Shown piece after piece: positions 50,957 through 61,642 of a stretch of 64,000 nucleotides of DNA (position 1 is its first letter; each line of letters starts with the position of its first letter). The stretch is from the NCBI GenBank assembly GCA_029762535.1, contig JARVGK010000002.1, forward strand, positions 1-64,000. The letters run 5' to 3'. The notes below the pieces were generated by a model, which saw only the letters and a program-made list of their open reading frames with translations, was not told where the DNA came from and made no database searches. This DNA is from Thermoplasmatota archaeon. Its GTDB lineage: Archaea; Thermoplasmatota; Penumbrarchaeia; Penumbrarchaeales; Penumbrarchaeaceae. A program made the translations under genes and the position numbers.

Positions 50957-51385
50957 CTATTCGTCATCCGAAGGATCGTTCAATATCTCATCGACCGCAT
51001 CGATGAACATCTTAGCATAATCGATACCTGATCTGGCATCATCATACAGTGGAGCGTAATCGATACCGTAGAGGCTCTCGTGCCTGTTCTTCCTGTAGAT
51101 ATCGAACAAGTCCGAATATTCCCGGAGTTCTGGGTGTTCTTCCCTCAGGAATGCGGCGATGCAGACATGGCTCCTTTCCTTGAATCCGGCCAAGAGCAGA
51201 GACCTTGCAGCGTGGAACATGGCCGTATAAGATGAAATGATCGACAGGTCCATCATGCCGTACTCGTAACTCCGCTCGGAATTCTCGAGATGATGTCTCG
51301 CATTCTCCATCTCCTTATGGATCGTCTCTTCGGTGAAGGAATGCGGTGTGAGCAGACCTTTCTTTATGCAATCCTTCATGTTCAT
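50957..51385 (-). CDS. HEPN-domain protein
   Basis: SYTAMFHAARSLL, ERSH, RHESLYG. Confidence 0.85.
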   Translation of the reverse strand: MNMKDCIKKGLLTPHSFTEETIHKEMENARHHLENSERSYEYGMMDLSIISSYTAMFHAARSLLLAGFKERSHVCIAAFLREEHPELREYSDLFDIYRKNRHESLYGIDYAPLYDDARSGIDYAKMFIDAVDEILNDPSDDE

Positions 51386-51942
51386 GGCAGGTCCCCGCCG
51401 TAGAGAACGATCCCATCCCTCTTAACTTCGTTGTAGAAACCCTCATTGCGTTCCTTCATCGCCAACCATCTTCCGATGTTGAGGGATGTGATCCCTATAT
51501 TGATCCCCAATCCTTCCTCGAAGAGTGTGAGATCGGTCCTCATCTTCTCGCTCATTATCGCCAGTATGTCCAGATCGCTACGTTCATCGAAGGTCCCCCT
51601 CGCGCAGCTTCCATAAAGGACGAGATTCGTCAGGGAAGGATGCTCATCGGAAAGTGTTTCGATCAAATCGGATTCATGGATCCTTAGAAGCAGGAAGAAG
51701 CGCTTGATCTCTTTGGTCACATACATATCATTCAAGGAGTAGAAATGTGCATTACCTTTCTCCTCTCTAAGAAGAAGGCCCTTCCCCTCAAGGATGTTGG
51801 GTATTCTCGAGCATGTCGCATTGCTCAGACCGGTCTTTCGGGCAAGCTCGTTCACGTGGATCGATACCGATTGATTCCTGGAGAACCATTCCAGTATCCT
51901 CGCGGTCGCGTTCTCGCTCAGAAGCGGGTTTTTTTCATCCAT
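51382..51942 (-). CDS. HTH-MNT nucleotidyltransferase antitoxin
   Basis: N-terminal wHTH, LYGSCARG..SDLDIL. Confidence 0.88.
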   Translation of the reverse strand: MDEKNPLLSENATARILEWFSRNQSVSIHVNELARKTGLSNATCSRIPNILEGKGLLLREEKGNAHFYSLNDMYVTKEIKRFFLLLRIHESDLIETLSDEHPSLTNLVLYGSCARGTFDERSDLDILAIMSEKMRTDLTLFEEGLGINIGITSLNIGRWLAMKERNEGFYNEVKRDGIVLYGGDLP

Positions 51943-52230
51943 GATAGGTGAATGATCGTTACATATAATTAATTATCGTTACATTATTTTAACATTAAAG
52001 GATGACCAAGTGAAGCGTCTGCTGAAGGAGGATATTACCCCTGATCATAGACGACCCGGAATTTTCGGATCCCCCCTGGCAGGCCTTTTTAACATGGGGA
52101 TCCCTCCCCAAAGGGGATCTCCTTTGAGAGAGGGGATACCCCACTCCACTTGAGGTTCCCCCCTGCCTCATGGCAGGGGGATCCACCCCTCCCCCTCCAA
52201 GAGGGGGATCGATACAAAGAAAAAAATCTG

Positions 52231-52310
52231 GCGCCTTAGCTGGGACCGACAGGCTTTCTTCACCGGATCCTTCATGGGGATCCTCCGTTCACACGATCGG
52301 CCGGTCACAT
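52231..52310 (-). repeat. Stand-alone copy of module C
   Basis: CGCCTTAGCT..CTTTCTTCAC.GGATCC..GATCCTCCGTTCA matches 44340-44412. Confidence 0.75.
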
Positions 52311-52539
52311 ATATGATCGTCGTCTTTCCCTGGTCGGGGGCTCCTCAAGCCCCGCCACGGGTACAATCGTTTTCAAAATATATAAACGAATGATACGGTT
52401 CCAACAATGGATCGTACCCCCTAGGATCTGGAATTTACCCTCTCCTCGAAGGGGGATCTCCAGAATTATACCTTATCTACCATGGAATGGAGAATGATCA
52501 TCTCTGAAAGGGGATCCACCCACCTGGACGAATCCTCTT

Positions 52540-52583
52540 CTTCGATCCAGGGATCTCCCCCCTCGAGATGGAGGATCCTTGAG
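52540..52583. repeat. 44-bp direct repeat copy 1
   Basis: Identical to 53541-53584. Confidence 0.92.
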
Positions 52584-52713
52584 AAAAGACATCTCTTGAA
52601 GTTGGATTCGTCGTTCCTATTATTATCCTATCCTGCATTATCCCTGGTTCGTATCATTTTATGAAATGTTGTAATCCGATAAAGGAGAGGATCCTCTACG
52701 ATCGCCAGATATA

Positions 52714-53058
52714 CTATACATCTTCGATCTCCTCGAGCATCAGGCTCACGGTCTCTTCGAGCTCATCAAGCCTGGTCTCATACAGGTCCCACAGGACAAG
52801 ATAATCGATCCCGTGATATTTATGTGTAAGAATGTCCCTGAGCCCTATTATTTTCCTCCATTCGACATCCTTATGCTTTAAACGGAGGTCCTCGGATAAA
52901 TTGCGCGTGAACTCCCCTATGTTCTCGAAGGTCTTCACGACCGCCTTTTTCAATACTTCGTCCGAGATGAAATCCTCGTAATCTTTATGATCGAGCACCT
53001 CTTTGAGGAATTCGATCTCTTCGAGAATGGATCGAAGATAGAACTCGTCATGATGCAA
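52714..53058 (-). CDS. HEPN/DUF86 toxin
   Basis: FENIGE, GLRDILTHKYHG. Confidence 0.9.
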   Translation of the reverse strand: MHHDEFYLRSILEEIEFLKEVLDHKDYEDFISDEVLKKAVVKTFENIGEFTRNLSEDLRLKHKDVEWRKIIGLRDILTHKYHGIDYLVLWDLYETRLDELEETVSLMLEEIEDV

Positions 53059-53332
53059 TCCATATCACCTGCTCGAGTATGGATTCCCTCAACCTTTTGT
53101 TCAGAGCTCCTGTTGTCACGAGATCCACCTTCTTATCGAACCTGTCAGAAAGGTAGAGATAGAGCCCCATGTAATTGTCGAAAGTGGTCTCGTTGAATTC
53201 AACGAGAATGTCCAGATCACTTTCGGGACGCTGGGATCCCTTCGAATAAGAACCGAAAAGGCCGATCTTTCGGACCTTGAACCGGTCCTTTATCAGGGGG
53301 AAGACCGCCTGCATCTCCTTCATAGCGTCCAT
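53048..53332 (-). CDS. MNT antitoxin
   Basis: IGLFGSYSKG..SDLDILVEF, KVDLVT. Confidence 0.9.
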   Translation of the reverse strand: MDAMKEMQAVFPLIKDRFKVRKIGLFGSYSKGSQRPESDLDILVEFNETTFDNYMGLYLYLSDRFDKKVDLVTTGALNKRLRESILEQVIWIAS

Positions 53333-53540
53333 GAACGGTCACCTGATTACGTTTTATAAATAATTAACCATAGAGCATAATGAGCCTCTATTCCCTTTCA
53401 TCCTACAAAGGGATCCCCCTTTTTATTGGGAATGAAAAGCATGGGGTGACCATATCACAAAATCCTGTTTGAAGACCCTCTAAAGCTCGTTCGAATGTCC
53501 CAGCTCGGGGGATCATTTCCCCTATAAAGAAAAACATCCT

Positions 53541-53584
53541 CTTCGATCCAGGGATCTCCCCCCTCGAGATGGAGGATCCTTGAG
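53541..53584. repeat. 44-bp direct repeat copy 2
   Basis: Identical to 52540-52583. Confidence 0.92.
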
Positions 53585-53590
53585 GAACTC

Positions 53591-54487
53591 TCAATACTTC
53601 CACTTCGCCTCGGAGGGATCGAAGGAGAAGCAATCCTTATCGTCGAACCAGGAGCATACCATATCGGACAGAGGGACCCCTGTCCTGAAGGACAGGCCCT
53701 GGGAATAAAGCAGCAACTGCCCTTCGGGATGTTCAGAAGCGGCCCCCGGCTTGAGGTCCATGATGTGGACCTTCCCGTTCCTGACCTGCAGGATGTCTAT
53801 ATGCCCGGTCACGGTCCCGATCCTCTTGTCGAAAAAATAGACGGGCACCTCGGTTGCCAATGTCGCCAGATCGTTGATCAGCATGAAGTTCTCGACGATC
53901 GGATGCCTTTCAGGTCCTGTCCTTGCCGCGGAGAAACAGAACTGGGCCACGCTGCATGCGAGGTTGCGTGTCCTTCGCACGGAGGCCTGGACCTCGATCG
54001 AGGGATCCGAACATCTGTTACCTTCTTCAAAGAGGTCCCGGTCCTGATACTCAAGGAGATAGCGCTTCAGTCCCTCCTCCTTCAAAGATCCCACCTTGTA
54101 CATGTTCAATGAGAACCTGTAACTCATACCCCTGTGAACGAAATCCCTCGTCCGGATCAGGGGATCGATATTACGGAGCTTCTCCCTGTGGCGGGCCATG
54201 GGGCAGATCCCGGAATAGTTCGCGACCCATCTCTGGATGGTGCTCCTCGAAGGATATGACCGATACCTACTTCTAAGGTCCCGGGCGATCTCGGCAGTGG
54301 TTGTACCCATCGTATGAGCGTTCAGCGCCTGTATGATGATGTGTTTCGGATAAGTCGAGGACGGTGATTCCACGAACCTCTTCTGGCACCTTCTGCACAT
54401 GAAAATGGGTTTCGAACCGCTCTTGGTTTTCCTGTATCCCTTGCTGATTATCTGCTCGGAGCCGCAGTAAGGACATTGGTCCGTCAT
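53591..54487 (-). CDS. Zn-ribbon/HTH + PD-(D/E)XK nuclease fusion
   Basis: CPYC...CRRC (IS1 InsA-like), HTH SRSTIQRWV, TGHIDILQ...IMDLK, GQLLLY; start placed at MTDQC. Confidence 0.8.
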   Translation of the reverse strand: MTDQCPYCGSEQIISKGYRKTKSGSKPIFMCRRCQKRFVESPSSTYPKHIIIQALNAHTMGTTTAEIARDLRSRYRSYPSRSTIQRWVANYSGICPMARHREKLRNIDPLIRTRDFVHRGMSYRFSLNMYKVGSLKEEGLKRYLLEYQDRDLFEEGNRCSDPSIEVQASVRRTRNLACSVAQFCFSAARTGPERHPIVENFMLINDLATLATEVPVYFFDKRIGTVTGHIDILQVRNGKVHIMDLKPGAASEHPEGQLLLYSQGLSFRTGVPLSDMVCSWFDDKDCFSFDPSEAKWKY

Positions 54488-54646
54488 ATCTTTCTCCTGA
54501 GGTTCAAGAGAGTGGACTCCACATAATATTTTGCTTCGATTTATCAAGAATTGAGAATCCTGTATCCTCACCACTTCATTCCTTTCGCGATATCTGATGA
54601 TCTTATCGTATGGAGCGGACAATAAGGGGAGATGAGATCCCATTAT

Positions 54647-55354
54647 CTAGCTCATCGCTTCGATTCTCATATCGCTTGGCATGAGCTCTATCGCATATCT
54701 CAGGGCGGTCCTGGGCATTCTCCGTTTATTCCTCAATACGAACTCGAAGACCTCTTTCCTATGTTGTTTGCTCGATTCCTTGAGCATCCAACCGTATCCC
54801 TTCTGGACCATGTCGTCTTCGTCCTCCAACAACATCAGAGCGATCTCGAATATATCCTCAAGATACTCCCCCCTTCGAGCAGGTGATATCAAGGAGACCG
54901 CCGACGCTCTTCTCATCCACCTGTTCTTAGAACCTGTCCATCTCTTCAACTCCTGAACGGCATCCGGGTATAGACCGATAAAGTCCCCCACGGAATGAGT
55001 GCAGAAGGTGTCCACCTTCGCCCAGGTGTTCAGATGATCGTCTATCCATCTCCTGAACCGAAAAAGATCCTCCCGCTCGAATTGCTTCTTCAGCTTCGGG
55101 ATCCAGTCGCAGACGATGAAGGCCTCCTCGGAATAATCCGAAGAAAGAAGATCCTCGCACATCTCGAAGATCCGCTCCTTTCCAAGGGGTTTCACCTCCT
55201 TCCAGTACTCTTTTGCGATCCTGTTGGTCTCGGCATTCCTCAAACCGTAGTAGAGGACACTTTCTTTAAAGAAACGCTCATTCTTCTCCTTCACGACGGG
55301 ATCCGCCCTCGCTTTGAGGTCGTTCCTTATCCTATCGATGACACCACGCATCAT
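54647..55354 (-). CDS. DNA alkylation repair protein (AlkD-like)
   Basis: NTWAKVD, NRWMRRAS, DMVQKGYGWMLKE, RTALRYAIE. Confidence 0.9.
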   Translation of the reverse strand: MMRGVIDRIRNDLKARADPVVKEKNERFFKESVLYYGLRNAETNRIAKEYWKEVKPLGKERIFEMCEDLLSSDYSEEAFIVCDWIPKLKKQFEREDLFRFRRWIDDHLNTWAKVDTFCTHSVGDFIGLYPDAVQELKRWTGSKNRWMRRASAVSLISPARRGEYLEDIFEIALMLLEDEDDMVQKGYGWMLKESSKQHRKEVFEFVLRNKRRMPRTALRYAIELMPSDMRIEAMS

Positions 55355-56124
55355 CCCTCAGGCCTCAATGTCCCCGCGAACACCTGCCATGCTAGCAGGG
55401 ATTTGGCCACAAGAGAAAGCCCTATGTAGACCCACTCCCCGAAAAGATAATTCCTCCACTTCCAGACCTTCTTGTACTGCAGGACCATGTTCAACGCGAA
55501 TATGTTGAAGAAGGCCGCTATCGAGATGTAGATGTAGTAAACGAAGGTGGGAGGTCCACCATCTCCCCCCCCGGCCCCCAGTAAATGGATCGCTATGACC
55601 ACCCACGGGATCAGCCCCGCGATGCATCCGAAGACGAACGGGGACCAGTCCAGCTTCTCGGCAAGCTGATTCATCTTCTCCATGATCAGACCGAAGAGTA
55701 TCATCATCATGTTCAAAAAGAAGATCGCGATAAGAGTGCCGATATCGTAGATCCCGGTGAGCAACGCTATTCCCACGATCATCACCGAGGCGCTTACAGA
55801 ATACTCGTACCACCTGTATTTGTTGATACCTTTTTCCAGATTGGCGATATACCTCTTGAACAGGACGGAGGCTATCAAGAAATGGGCAATTGAGGACATA
55901 AGAAGGAACGATGCGATGAGAGGCCCCAGAGGGATCTCGATGACGTCCGCCGTAGCCGGGAAGAGCGTCCGAGTGACCTCGTTGAAATCCAGAAAACCCC
56001 TCGTTATCTGTATGTTGAAATCCTTCGAAAGAAGTAGCATTAGGATCCCCTGAATAAGGTGAAGGGATCCCGCTGCGATGTTGACGATCCTTAATCTTTT
56101 TACGGTTTTTTCCTTTAATGACAT
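55351..56124 (-). CDS. Heliorhodopsin
   Basis: HLIQ, RWYEYSVSAS, and LSLVAK retinal-binding lysine motif; 7 TM. Confidence 0.93.
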   Translation of the reverse strand: MSLKEKTVKRLRIVNIAAGSLHLIQGILMLLLSKDFNIQITRGFLDFNEVTRTLFPATADVIEIPLGPLIASFLLMSSIAHFLIASVLFKRYIANLEKGINKYRWYEYSVSASVMIVGIALLTGIYDIGTLIAIFFLNMMMILFGLIMEKMNQLAEKLDWSPFVFGCIAGLIPWVVIAIHLLGAGGGDGGPPTFVYYIYISIAAFFNIFALNMVLQYKKVWKWRNYLFGEWVYIGLSLVAKSLLAWQVFAGTLRPEG

Positions 56125-56397
56125 CGACCTCACCCGGGATGTAATATGAATAAGGCATATATCACATCTTTGCATGAAGAAACAGGGAATCCTATCCCTG
56201 CATTGAGCATCCCCCTTGGAACGGATACGTGAACTTCAGGAATGGTCTCCGTATGCCTGTCTATCCTATCGGGTCGTGGCAGTTCTCCCATCCAACTATC
56301 ATCTTCGAACCTTTCAAGACAGCGTAGGTTCAAATGGGATCGTATCCCTGAAATTCAATTGCAGGGTGAACGCTTATCATACCTGAAGATCTTACGT

Positions 56398-59034
56398 TCA
56401 TTTGAATATCTTCGATCTGTTGAGAATTTCTTTTTCGATCTCGACCAGAAGGAATATCTCCGATCCGCAAAGGGCTATGATCCCCCAAGTGGCCATATCC
56501 AGACCCTGCGTCATGAAGATCCCCTGCATGGGCGGGGCATAGGTAAAAAGAAGCTGCAGGACAACTACAAAAGCCACCGCGCCCCACGTATAGGGGGTCG
56601 CTTTCAATCCTTTTATAGAAATGGAGGACCCTTTACTTCGGGCGTTGAAAAGGAACGCTAATTCGCCCATCACCAGCGCGTTCACCGCTGCGGTCCGGGC
56701 CAGCTCCGAACTCGCGCCATTGGACTTCATCCACATGAAAACGGCGAGGGTGACGCCCATGAGAAGCAAGGAGACGTAAATTATCTTGATCAACATGGGT
56801 ATTGTTATCAGCGGTTCATCGGACCTTCGGGGCGGACGCTTCATCGTGTTCTTCTCCATCGGTTCCATGGAGAGGGTCAGACCGAGGCTGACCGCCGTCA
56901 CCATGTTCACCCATAGGACCTGGGCAGCTGTCATCGGTAAAACCAATCCGAGAAAAATTGATGCGATTATCACCATCCCCTCTCCTCCATTGGTTGGCAA
57001 AATGAACAGAAGTGCCTTCTTGAGGTTGTCATAGACCGTTCTGCCCTCCTCGACCGCGTGGACTATCGAGGCGAAATTATCGTCGGCGATCACCATCTCG
57101 GAGGCCTCCTTGGCGGCCTCCGTGCCTTTGATGCCCATGGCTATCCCAATATTGGACCTCTTCAAAGCGGGGGCATCGTTCACTCCGTCCCCTGTCATCG
57201 CGGTGATCTCGCCCTGCTTCTGCAGGGCTTCTACCAGCTTGAGCTTGTGCTCCGGACTCACCCTGGCGAAGATATCGATGCTCTGGGCCTTTTCAGCGAT
57301 ATTTTCATCTGTGAGCTCATCCCCGGTGATGGCTTCGCCTTCGATCCCCAGCTGCTTTCCTATAGCTTTTGCGGTGAGAAGATGGTCCCCGGTGATCATC
57401 TTCACACGGATCCCGGCCTCACGGCATTCCCGGATCGCTTCGATCGCCTCCTGGCGCGGGGGATCGAGCATTCCGAAGATGCCGATAAAGCACAGGTTAG
57501 AAATGTTATCGTGGGATAGTTTTCGATCCGCCGGCCATTCCCTCCAGGCCGATCCCAGAAGCCTGCGCCCATCGGATGCCATCCTCTCGGCGCGGGATTC
57601 CCAGTAATCGCGATCGAGTGGCTCCTCCTCACCATGGAGCTGGTGTTCGCTCATGTCGAGGAGGCTTTCGTAGGCTCCCTTGAGGTATAGTATCCTCTTT
57701 CCATCGATATCGTGAAGGGTTGCCATGTACTTGTGCTCACTCTCGAAAGGGATCACATCCAGACGTTCATAGGGAGGCCGTTCTATGCCTGCTTTGGCCG
57801 CAAGGGTTAGAAGGGCGCCTTCGGTCGGGGATCCCTCTATGGAAAAAACACCATCCTTATTGACCAGGCGGGAGTCGTTGCAGAGTATCCCCCCAAGTAT
57901 CATTCTATCCATTGATAGCGGTCTTTTTCCTTCGATCGATATCCTGCCATCGGGATCATAACCCGTCCCTTCAACGTTGAACACACCCTCAGCAACGGCC
58001 ACCTGCGTGACGGTCATCTCCCCTCTGGTGAGGGTCCCGGTCTTGTCTGAACAGATTACCGTGACGGATCCCAGGGTTTCAACTCCGGGAAGCCTTCGCA
58101 CTATGGTGTTGCGCCTGGCCATTCTCTGTACACCGATCGCCAAAGTTATGGTGATGATGGCCGGAAGTCCCTCAGGGATCGCCGCCACTGAAAGGCCAAT
58201 GATCGCCATTAGCAGATCGGAAAGGGGCATATTCCTGACGAGATGACCGATCGCAAAGGTCAAAGCGGCTATAATTAGGATGATCACGCTCAGTACCTTT
58301 GCGAACCGGTCCACCTTTATGATCAGGGGGGTCTTCAATGATCTGACATCCCCCAGCATTCGGTTGATCTTCCCTATCTCGGTCCTCATTCCCGTGGCGG
58401 TGACAACTCCCAGACCCCTCCCGGAGGTCACAAGGGTCCCGGAGAAGGCCATGTTCTTCCTGTCCCCGAGCATAATGTTTTTCTTTTGGGTTTTCGTTGT
58501 TTTATTTACTGGCTCCGACTCGCCGGTCAGCGAGGATTCGTCCACGTTCAGCTCATGGACCTCGATGAGCCTTAAATCCGCGGGTATTTTGTCCCCCGAT
58601 CTGAGGTGGACCCGATCCCCGGGGACGAGCTCGGAGGCATCGATCTGACGTTTTGTACCATCTCTCAAGACGATGGCGTGGACCGATAGCATATTCCGTA
58701 CAGAATCAAGGGCCCTCTCCGCCTTCCCTTCCTGAACGAACCCTATGGTCCCGTTAATGATCACCACCGCGAATATGATGCCTGAATCCAAATAATGGCC
58801 CAGCACCGCTGTGATCATCCCGGATATCATAAGGACGTATATGAAAACGTTATTGAACTGCTCCAGAAAGCGCCGGATGGGATGTTTTCCCTTTATCCCG
58901 GGTAGGACGTTCTTTCCGTATTCCCTGGATCTTTTTTCTACATTCGAATCCGTTAGACCCTCCTCGGGAGACCGGAGCCCTCTTGAGGTTTCCTCAACGG
59001 TCCTGTCATGCCAGGATGGGTTTTCTTCTATCAT
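56398..59034 (-). CDS. P-type IIA cation (Ca2+)-transporting ATPase
   Basis: [29 protein letters not shown]; start uncertain (59034-59097). Confidence 0.95.
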   Translation of the reverse strand: MIEENPSWHDRTVEETSRGLRSPEEGLTDSNVEKRSREYGKNVLPGIKGKHPIRRFLEQFNNVFIYVLMISGMITAVLGHYLDSGIIFAVVIINGTIGFVQEGKAERALDSVRNMLSVHAIVLRDGTKRQIDASELVPGDRVHLRSGDKIPADLRLIEVHELNVDESSLTGESEPVNKTTKTQKKNIMLGDRKNMAFSGTLVTSGRGLGVVTATGMRTEIGKINRMLGDVRSLKTPLIIKVDRFAKVLSVIILIIAALTFAIGHLVRNMPLSDLLMAIIGLSVAAIPEGLPAIITITLAIGVQRMARRNTIVRRLPGVETLGSVTVICSDKTGTLTRGEMTVTQVAVAEGVFNVEGTGYDPDGRISIEGKRPLSMDRMILGGILCNDSRLVNKDGVFSIEGSPTEGALLTLAAKAGIERPPYERLDVIPFESEHKYMATLHDIDGKRILYLKGAYESLLDMSEHQLHGEEEPLDRDYWESRAERMASDGRRLLGSAWREWPADRKLSHDNISNLCFIGIFGMLDPPRQEAIEAIRECREAGIRVKMITGDHLLTAKAIGKQLGIEGEAITGDELTDENIAEKAQSIDIFARVSPEHKLKLVEALQKQGEITAMTGDGVNDAPALKRSNIGIAMGIKGTEAAKEASEMVIADDNFASIVHAVEEGRTVYDNLKKALLFILPTNGGEGMVIIASIFLGLVLPMTAAQVLWVNMVTAVSLGLTLSMEPMEKNTMKRPPRRSDEPLITIPMLIKIIYVSLLLMGVTLAVFMWMKSNGASSELARTAAVNALVMGELAFLFNARSKGSSISIKGLKATPYTWGAVAFVVVLQLLFTYAPPMQGIFMTQGLDMATWGIIALCGSEIFLLVEIEKEILNRSKIFK

Positions 59035-59136
59035 GGGGTTCACTTTTTTGAGTTTCAGGGATCGATCTCCGGGCCTTGCAAGGACTTTCGCTGCCACGAT
59101 TTCAACCTGGTATCGGTTCCTATCTATTGCTTTTGG

Positions 59137-60135
59137 TTACTTATTCTCCGTTATGGGCCCACAAACCTTCTTTTTTATCCTGTACACGAGCATGGTCAGA
59201 TAGGGGGAGGGGGTCTTTTTCCCCCCGATTTCCCAGTGATCCCAAGCCTTCCAAACTGATTCAGGAGTGAACCTTCCCACATCGTCAGCTTTTCCGGTGA
59301 TCACTTTGACCATATCATGGAACCTGGGATCCTTGAGGGCATGATCGTTTAGGGACAGCACATGGGCCACATGGAGTATGTCATACCAGATAAACGGAGC
59401 TTTCAGTTTCCGAAAATCCGTGCCCATGTAGAATATGTACGGATGCCTGGTCCTGCTGTTCTCCCACAGGTCCAGCAATGCGGATGCAGAGGCCTTGGCA
59501 TGATTCGAATCGCGGTATTCTGGATACAGCTCCATTAATTTCAGCATGATCAAGGTGGCATAGGGACATGGATCCTCCTTTTTACCCGGCCCCCTGAATC
59601 TTCCCAGCTCCTTTGAAACCACACAAGGATACCCATTCTCCCTGGATAACATGACCAGAAAATCGACGGCTTTTTCAACACGCTCATCCGACCGCAATCC
59701 CATCTTCGCAAGGCTGTAAACTATGGTAGGCGCATCACACAAGGCCCAGGCTTGGACATCTCTATTCGAACCTCCGTGATGAGATGAGATCCTCATTGGA
59801 AGTTGGATTGGGCCCTCCTCGGATACATGCTGGAATATCCTATCGATGATAGATTGTACACCAGTATCATCATGTTTTATCCCAAGATCAGCCAGGAACG
59901 AGAGCTTGTGGTAGGATTGTCCCGCGCTCTTGTGGGAGTTTAGGACCGCTCCCGGCCAGTTCCCCAGGTCCTTTATCAGGGATCTGATATCGGGATGGCT
60001 CGTCATTCGATCCCTGGCCGAGAGGACCGCCTTTGAGTCTTGAGGTTCCTCAAGGAGATCGATCCGCGTTCTGTATTCTATCCAGGGATCGCTGTTCAAA
60101 AGCCAATCCATTACATTCTCGTTATCCGTTTCCAT
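59137..60135 (-). CDS. Prenyltransferase/alpha-alpha-toroid-like hypothetical protein
   Basis: DWLL..DPWIEYR, CPYAT, PFIWYDILH, PSPYLT; start uncertain. Confidence 0.65.
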   Translation of the reverse strand: METDNENVMDWLLNSDPWIEYRTRIDLLEEPQDSKAVLSARDRMTSHPDIRSLIKDLGNWPGAVLNSHKSAGQSYHKLSFLADLGIKHDDTGVQSIIDRIFQHVSEEGPIQLPMRISSHHGGSNRDVQAWALCDAPTIVYSLAKMGLRSDERVEKAVDFLVMLSRENGYPCVVSKELGRFRGPGKKEDPCPYATLIMLKLMELYPEYRDSNHAKASASALLDLWENSRTRHPYIFYMGTDFRKLKAPFIWYDILHVAHVLSLNDHALKDPRFHDMVKVITGKADDVGRFTPESVWKAWDHWEIGGKKTPSPYLTMLVYRIKKKVCGPITENK

Positions 60136-60145
60136 CGCGATCATC

Positions 60146-60559
60146 TCACTCCCAGAAATCCGAACCGATCTCAATCAGGTTCCCCTCCGGATCCGCGATC
60201 ATTGCGGATCGCATCTTCCATGGTTCGTTGCGTGGAGGATATATGGGCCTTGCTCCCGCTTTGACCATTCTCTCGAAGGCCTCATCGACTTTTTCTGGAT
60301 CTCCCACATTGATCGCAAGTTCGAAGGACCCGTTCAAGCCCATGGGAAAGGAGGGTTGAGTTCCAAGGAGATCGGGGAGCTTCGAGCGTTCATACATCGC
60401 GAACCTGATCCCCTCATGTTTGAACTCCGCATATGGACCTTTTCCATCCCAGTCAATGTCGATATCCATCACGTTCCTGTAAAAATCCACCATTCTCAGG
60501 AGATCCTCCACGAACAATCCTATCATATCGAATCTACTACCCATTGCACAACTCTCCAT
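60146..60559 (-). CDS. VOC/glyoxalase family protein
   Basis: MVDFYRNVM, EPWKMR, ADPEGNLIEI. Confidence 0.88.
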   Translation of the reverse strand: MESCAMGSRFDMIGLFVEDLLRMVDFYRNVMDIDIDWDGKGPYAEFKHEGIRFAMYERSKLPDLLGTQPSFPMGLNGSFELAINVGDPEKVDEAFERMVKAGARPIYPPRNEPWKMRSAMIADPEGNLIEIGSDFWE

Positions 60560-61146
60560 TATGTCAATACAGTGAAATTCGCCGTATAGGTCCTCCCCTT
60601 CCCGAAGAACTCCTTCAGGGAGAATCCTTCGGGTTCGAACAGGAGTTTCACATCCTCCAAGGCCATGGAGTCGGGATCCCCTCTTTGCTCCGAGATTGAG
60701 ACGATCCCTCCCGGTCGAAGAATTCTTTTCATCTCCCTGACATAAAGGTGTTTTTTATCGATCTCACCCAGAACGGTGACGAGGTAGATTACGTCGAACA
60801 TATCATCCTCATAGGGCAGTTCCGATCCGGAACATACCCTCACATCGACGTTCTCAATATGCTTGAGACGTTTTCTGGCCTTTTCTATCATCTCGGGCTG
60901 AACGTCAGTGAGGTAGAGTTTACCCTTGGGGATCCTCCTTGCAATATGAGGGCTGAAATACCCCGGCCCACAGCCGATCTCCAACACTATTGAATCCTCC
61001 CTGAGACCGAGGCGTTTTGCCAATTTACCCGGGGAGATATAGAGATCCCGAAAAGGAAGGAGGAGGGCCCATGCGAACCCGGGAGGATACAAACCCTTCC
61101 CTCTCAGGCTGCGTTTATCCGACATTTTATACCTCAAGGGGTTCAA
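60559..61146 (-). CDS. Class I SAM-dependent methyltransferase
   Basis: VLEIGCGPG, LPYEDDMFD, RILRPGG. Confidence 0.9.
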   Translation of the reverse strand: MNPLRYKMSDKRSLRGKGLYPPGFAWALLLPFRDLYISPGKLAKRLGLREDSIVLEIGCGPGYFSPHIARRIPKGKLYLTDVQPEMIEKARKRLKHIENVDVRVCSGSELPYEDDMFDVIYLVTVLGEIDKKHLYVREMKRILRPGGIVSISEQRGDPDSMALEDVKLLFEPEGFSLKEFFGKGRTYTANFTVLT

Positions 61147-61189
61147 CTATTTGGATCTGGTCTGCGCGAAGTCCTGCATCTCTTATTGA

Positions 61190-61642
61190 TCACCAAATGC
61201 TTCCACAGTATATGCATTCGTTTCTATGGACGCAGAGGATCGAGCCGCAATTATCACACTTCCATCTGGTCCTTTCCTTTATCACGAACGAGGATATGCC
61301 CTCCTCCTTGATGGTCATGAGATTCTCCACCATACTCATGCGATACTTCGTCCTGTATCGCTTGTCGAGGGCCTTCAACCTCCGGCAAGGGAAACTGTCA
61401 CAGCTGTAGCAGAATGTGCCGTTCTCATCCGTTTTAAGATCCTCACAGTTCCTTATCGAGCATACGACGCAGTGATGCGGCTTGTCCTTATCATCGCCCA
61501 GACACCCGGAGCAGGGTTTCCTTTTCCGTATATGGCCTATGCACAAGGCGCAATCCATCCCGCAGGGGGCGATCATCTCCGAGGAGATAGGATATGTTCT
61601 ATGAGAGATCACGCTTTTCACCACGTATTCCCTATCGATCAA
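61190..61642 (-). CDS. Cys-rich DUF3795-like protein
   Basis: APCGMDCALC, CSGC, FCYSCDSFPC. Confidence 0.8.
   Translation of the reverse strand: MIDREYVVKSVISHRTYPISSEMIAPCGMDCALCIGHIRKRKPCSGCLGDDKDKPHHCVVCSIRNCEDLKTDENGTFCYSCDSFPCRRLKALDKRYRTKYRMSMVENLMTIKEEGISSFVIKERTRWKCDNCGSILCVHRNECIYCGSIW

Noticed and set aside
53591-54487. IS1 transposase
   Set aside because: It has an InsA-like Zn-ribbon/HTH but a PD-(D/E)XK rather than DDE domain, and no terminal inverted repeats were seen.
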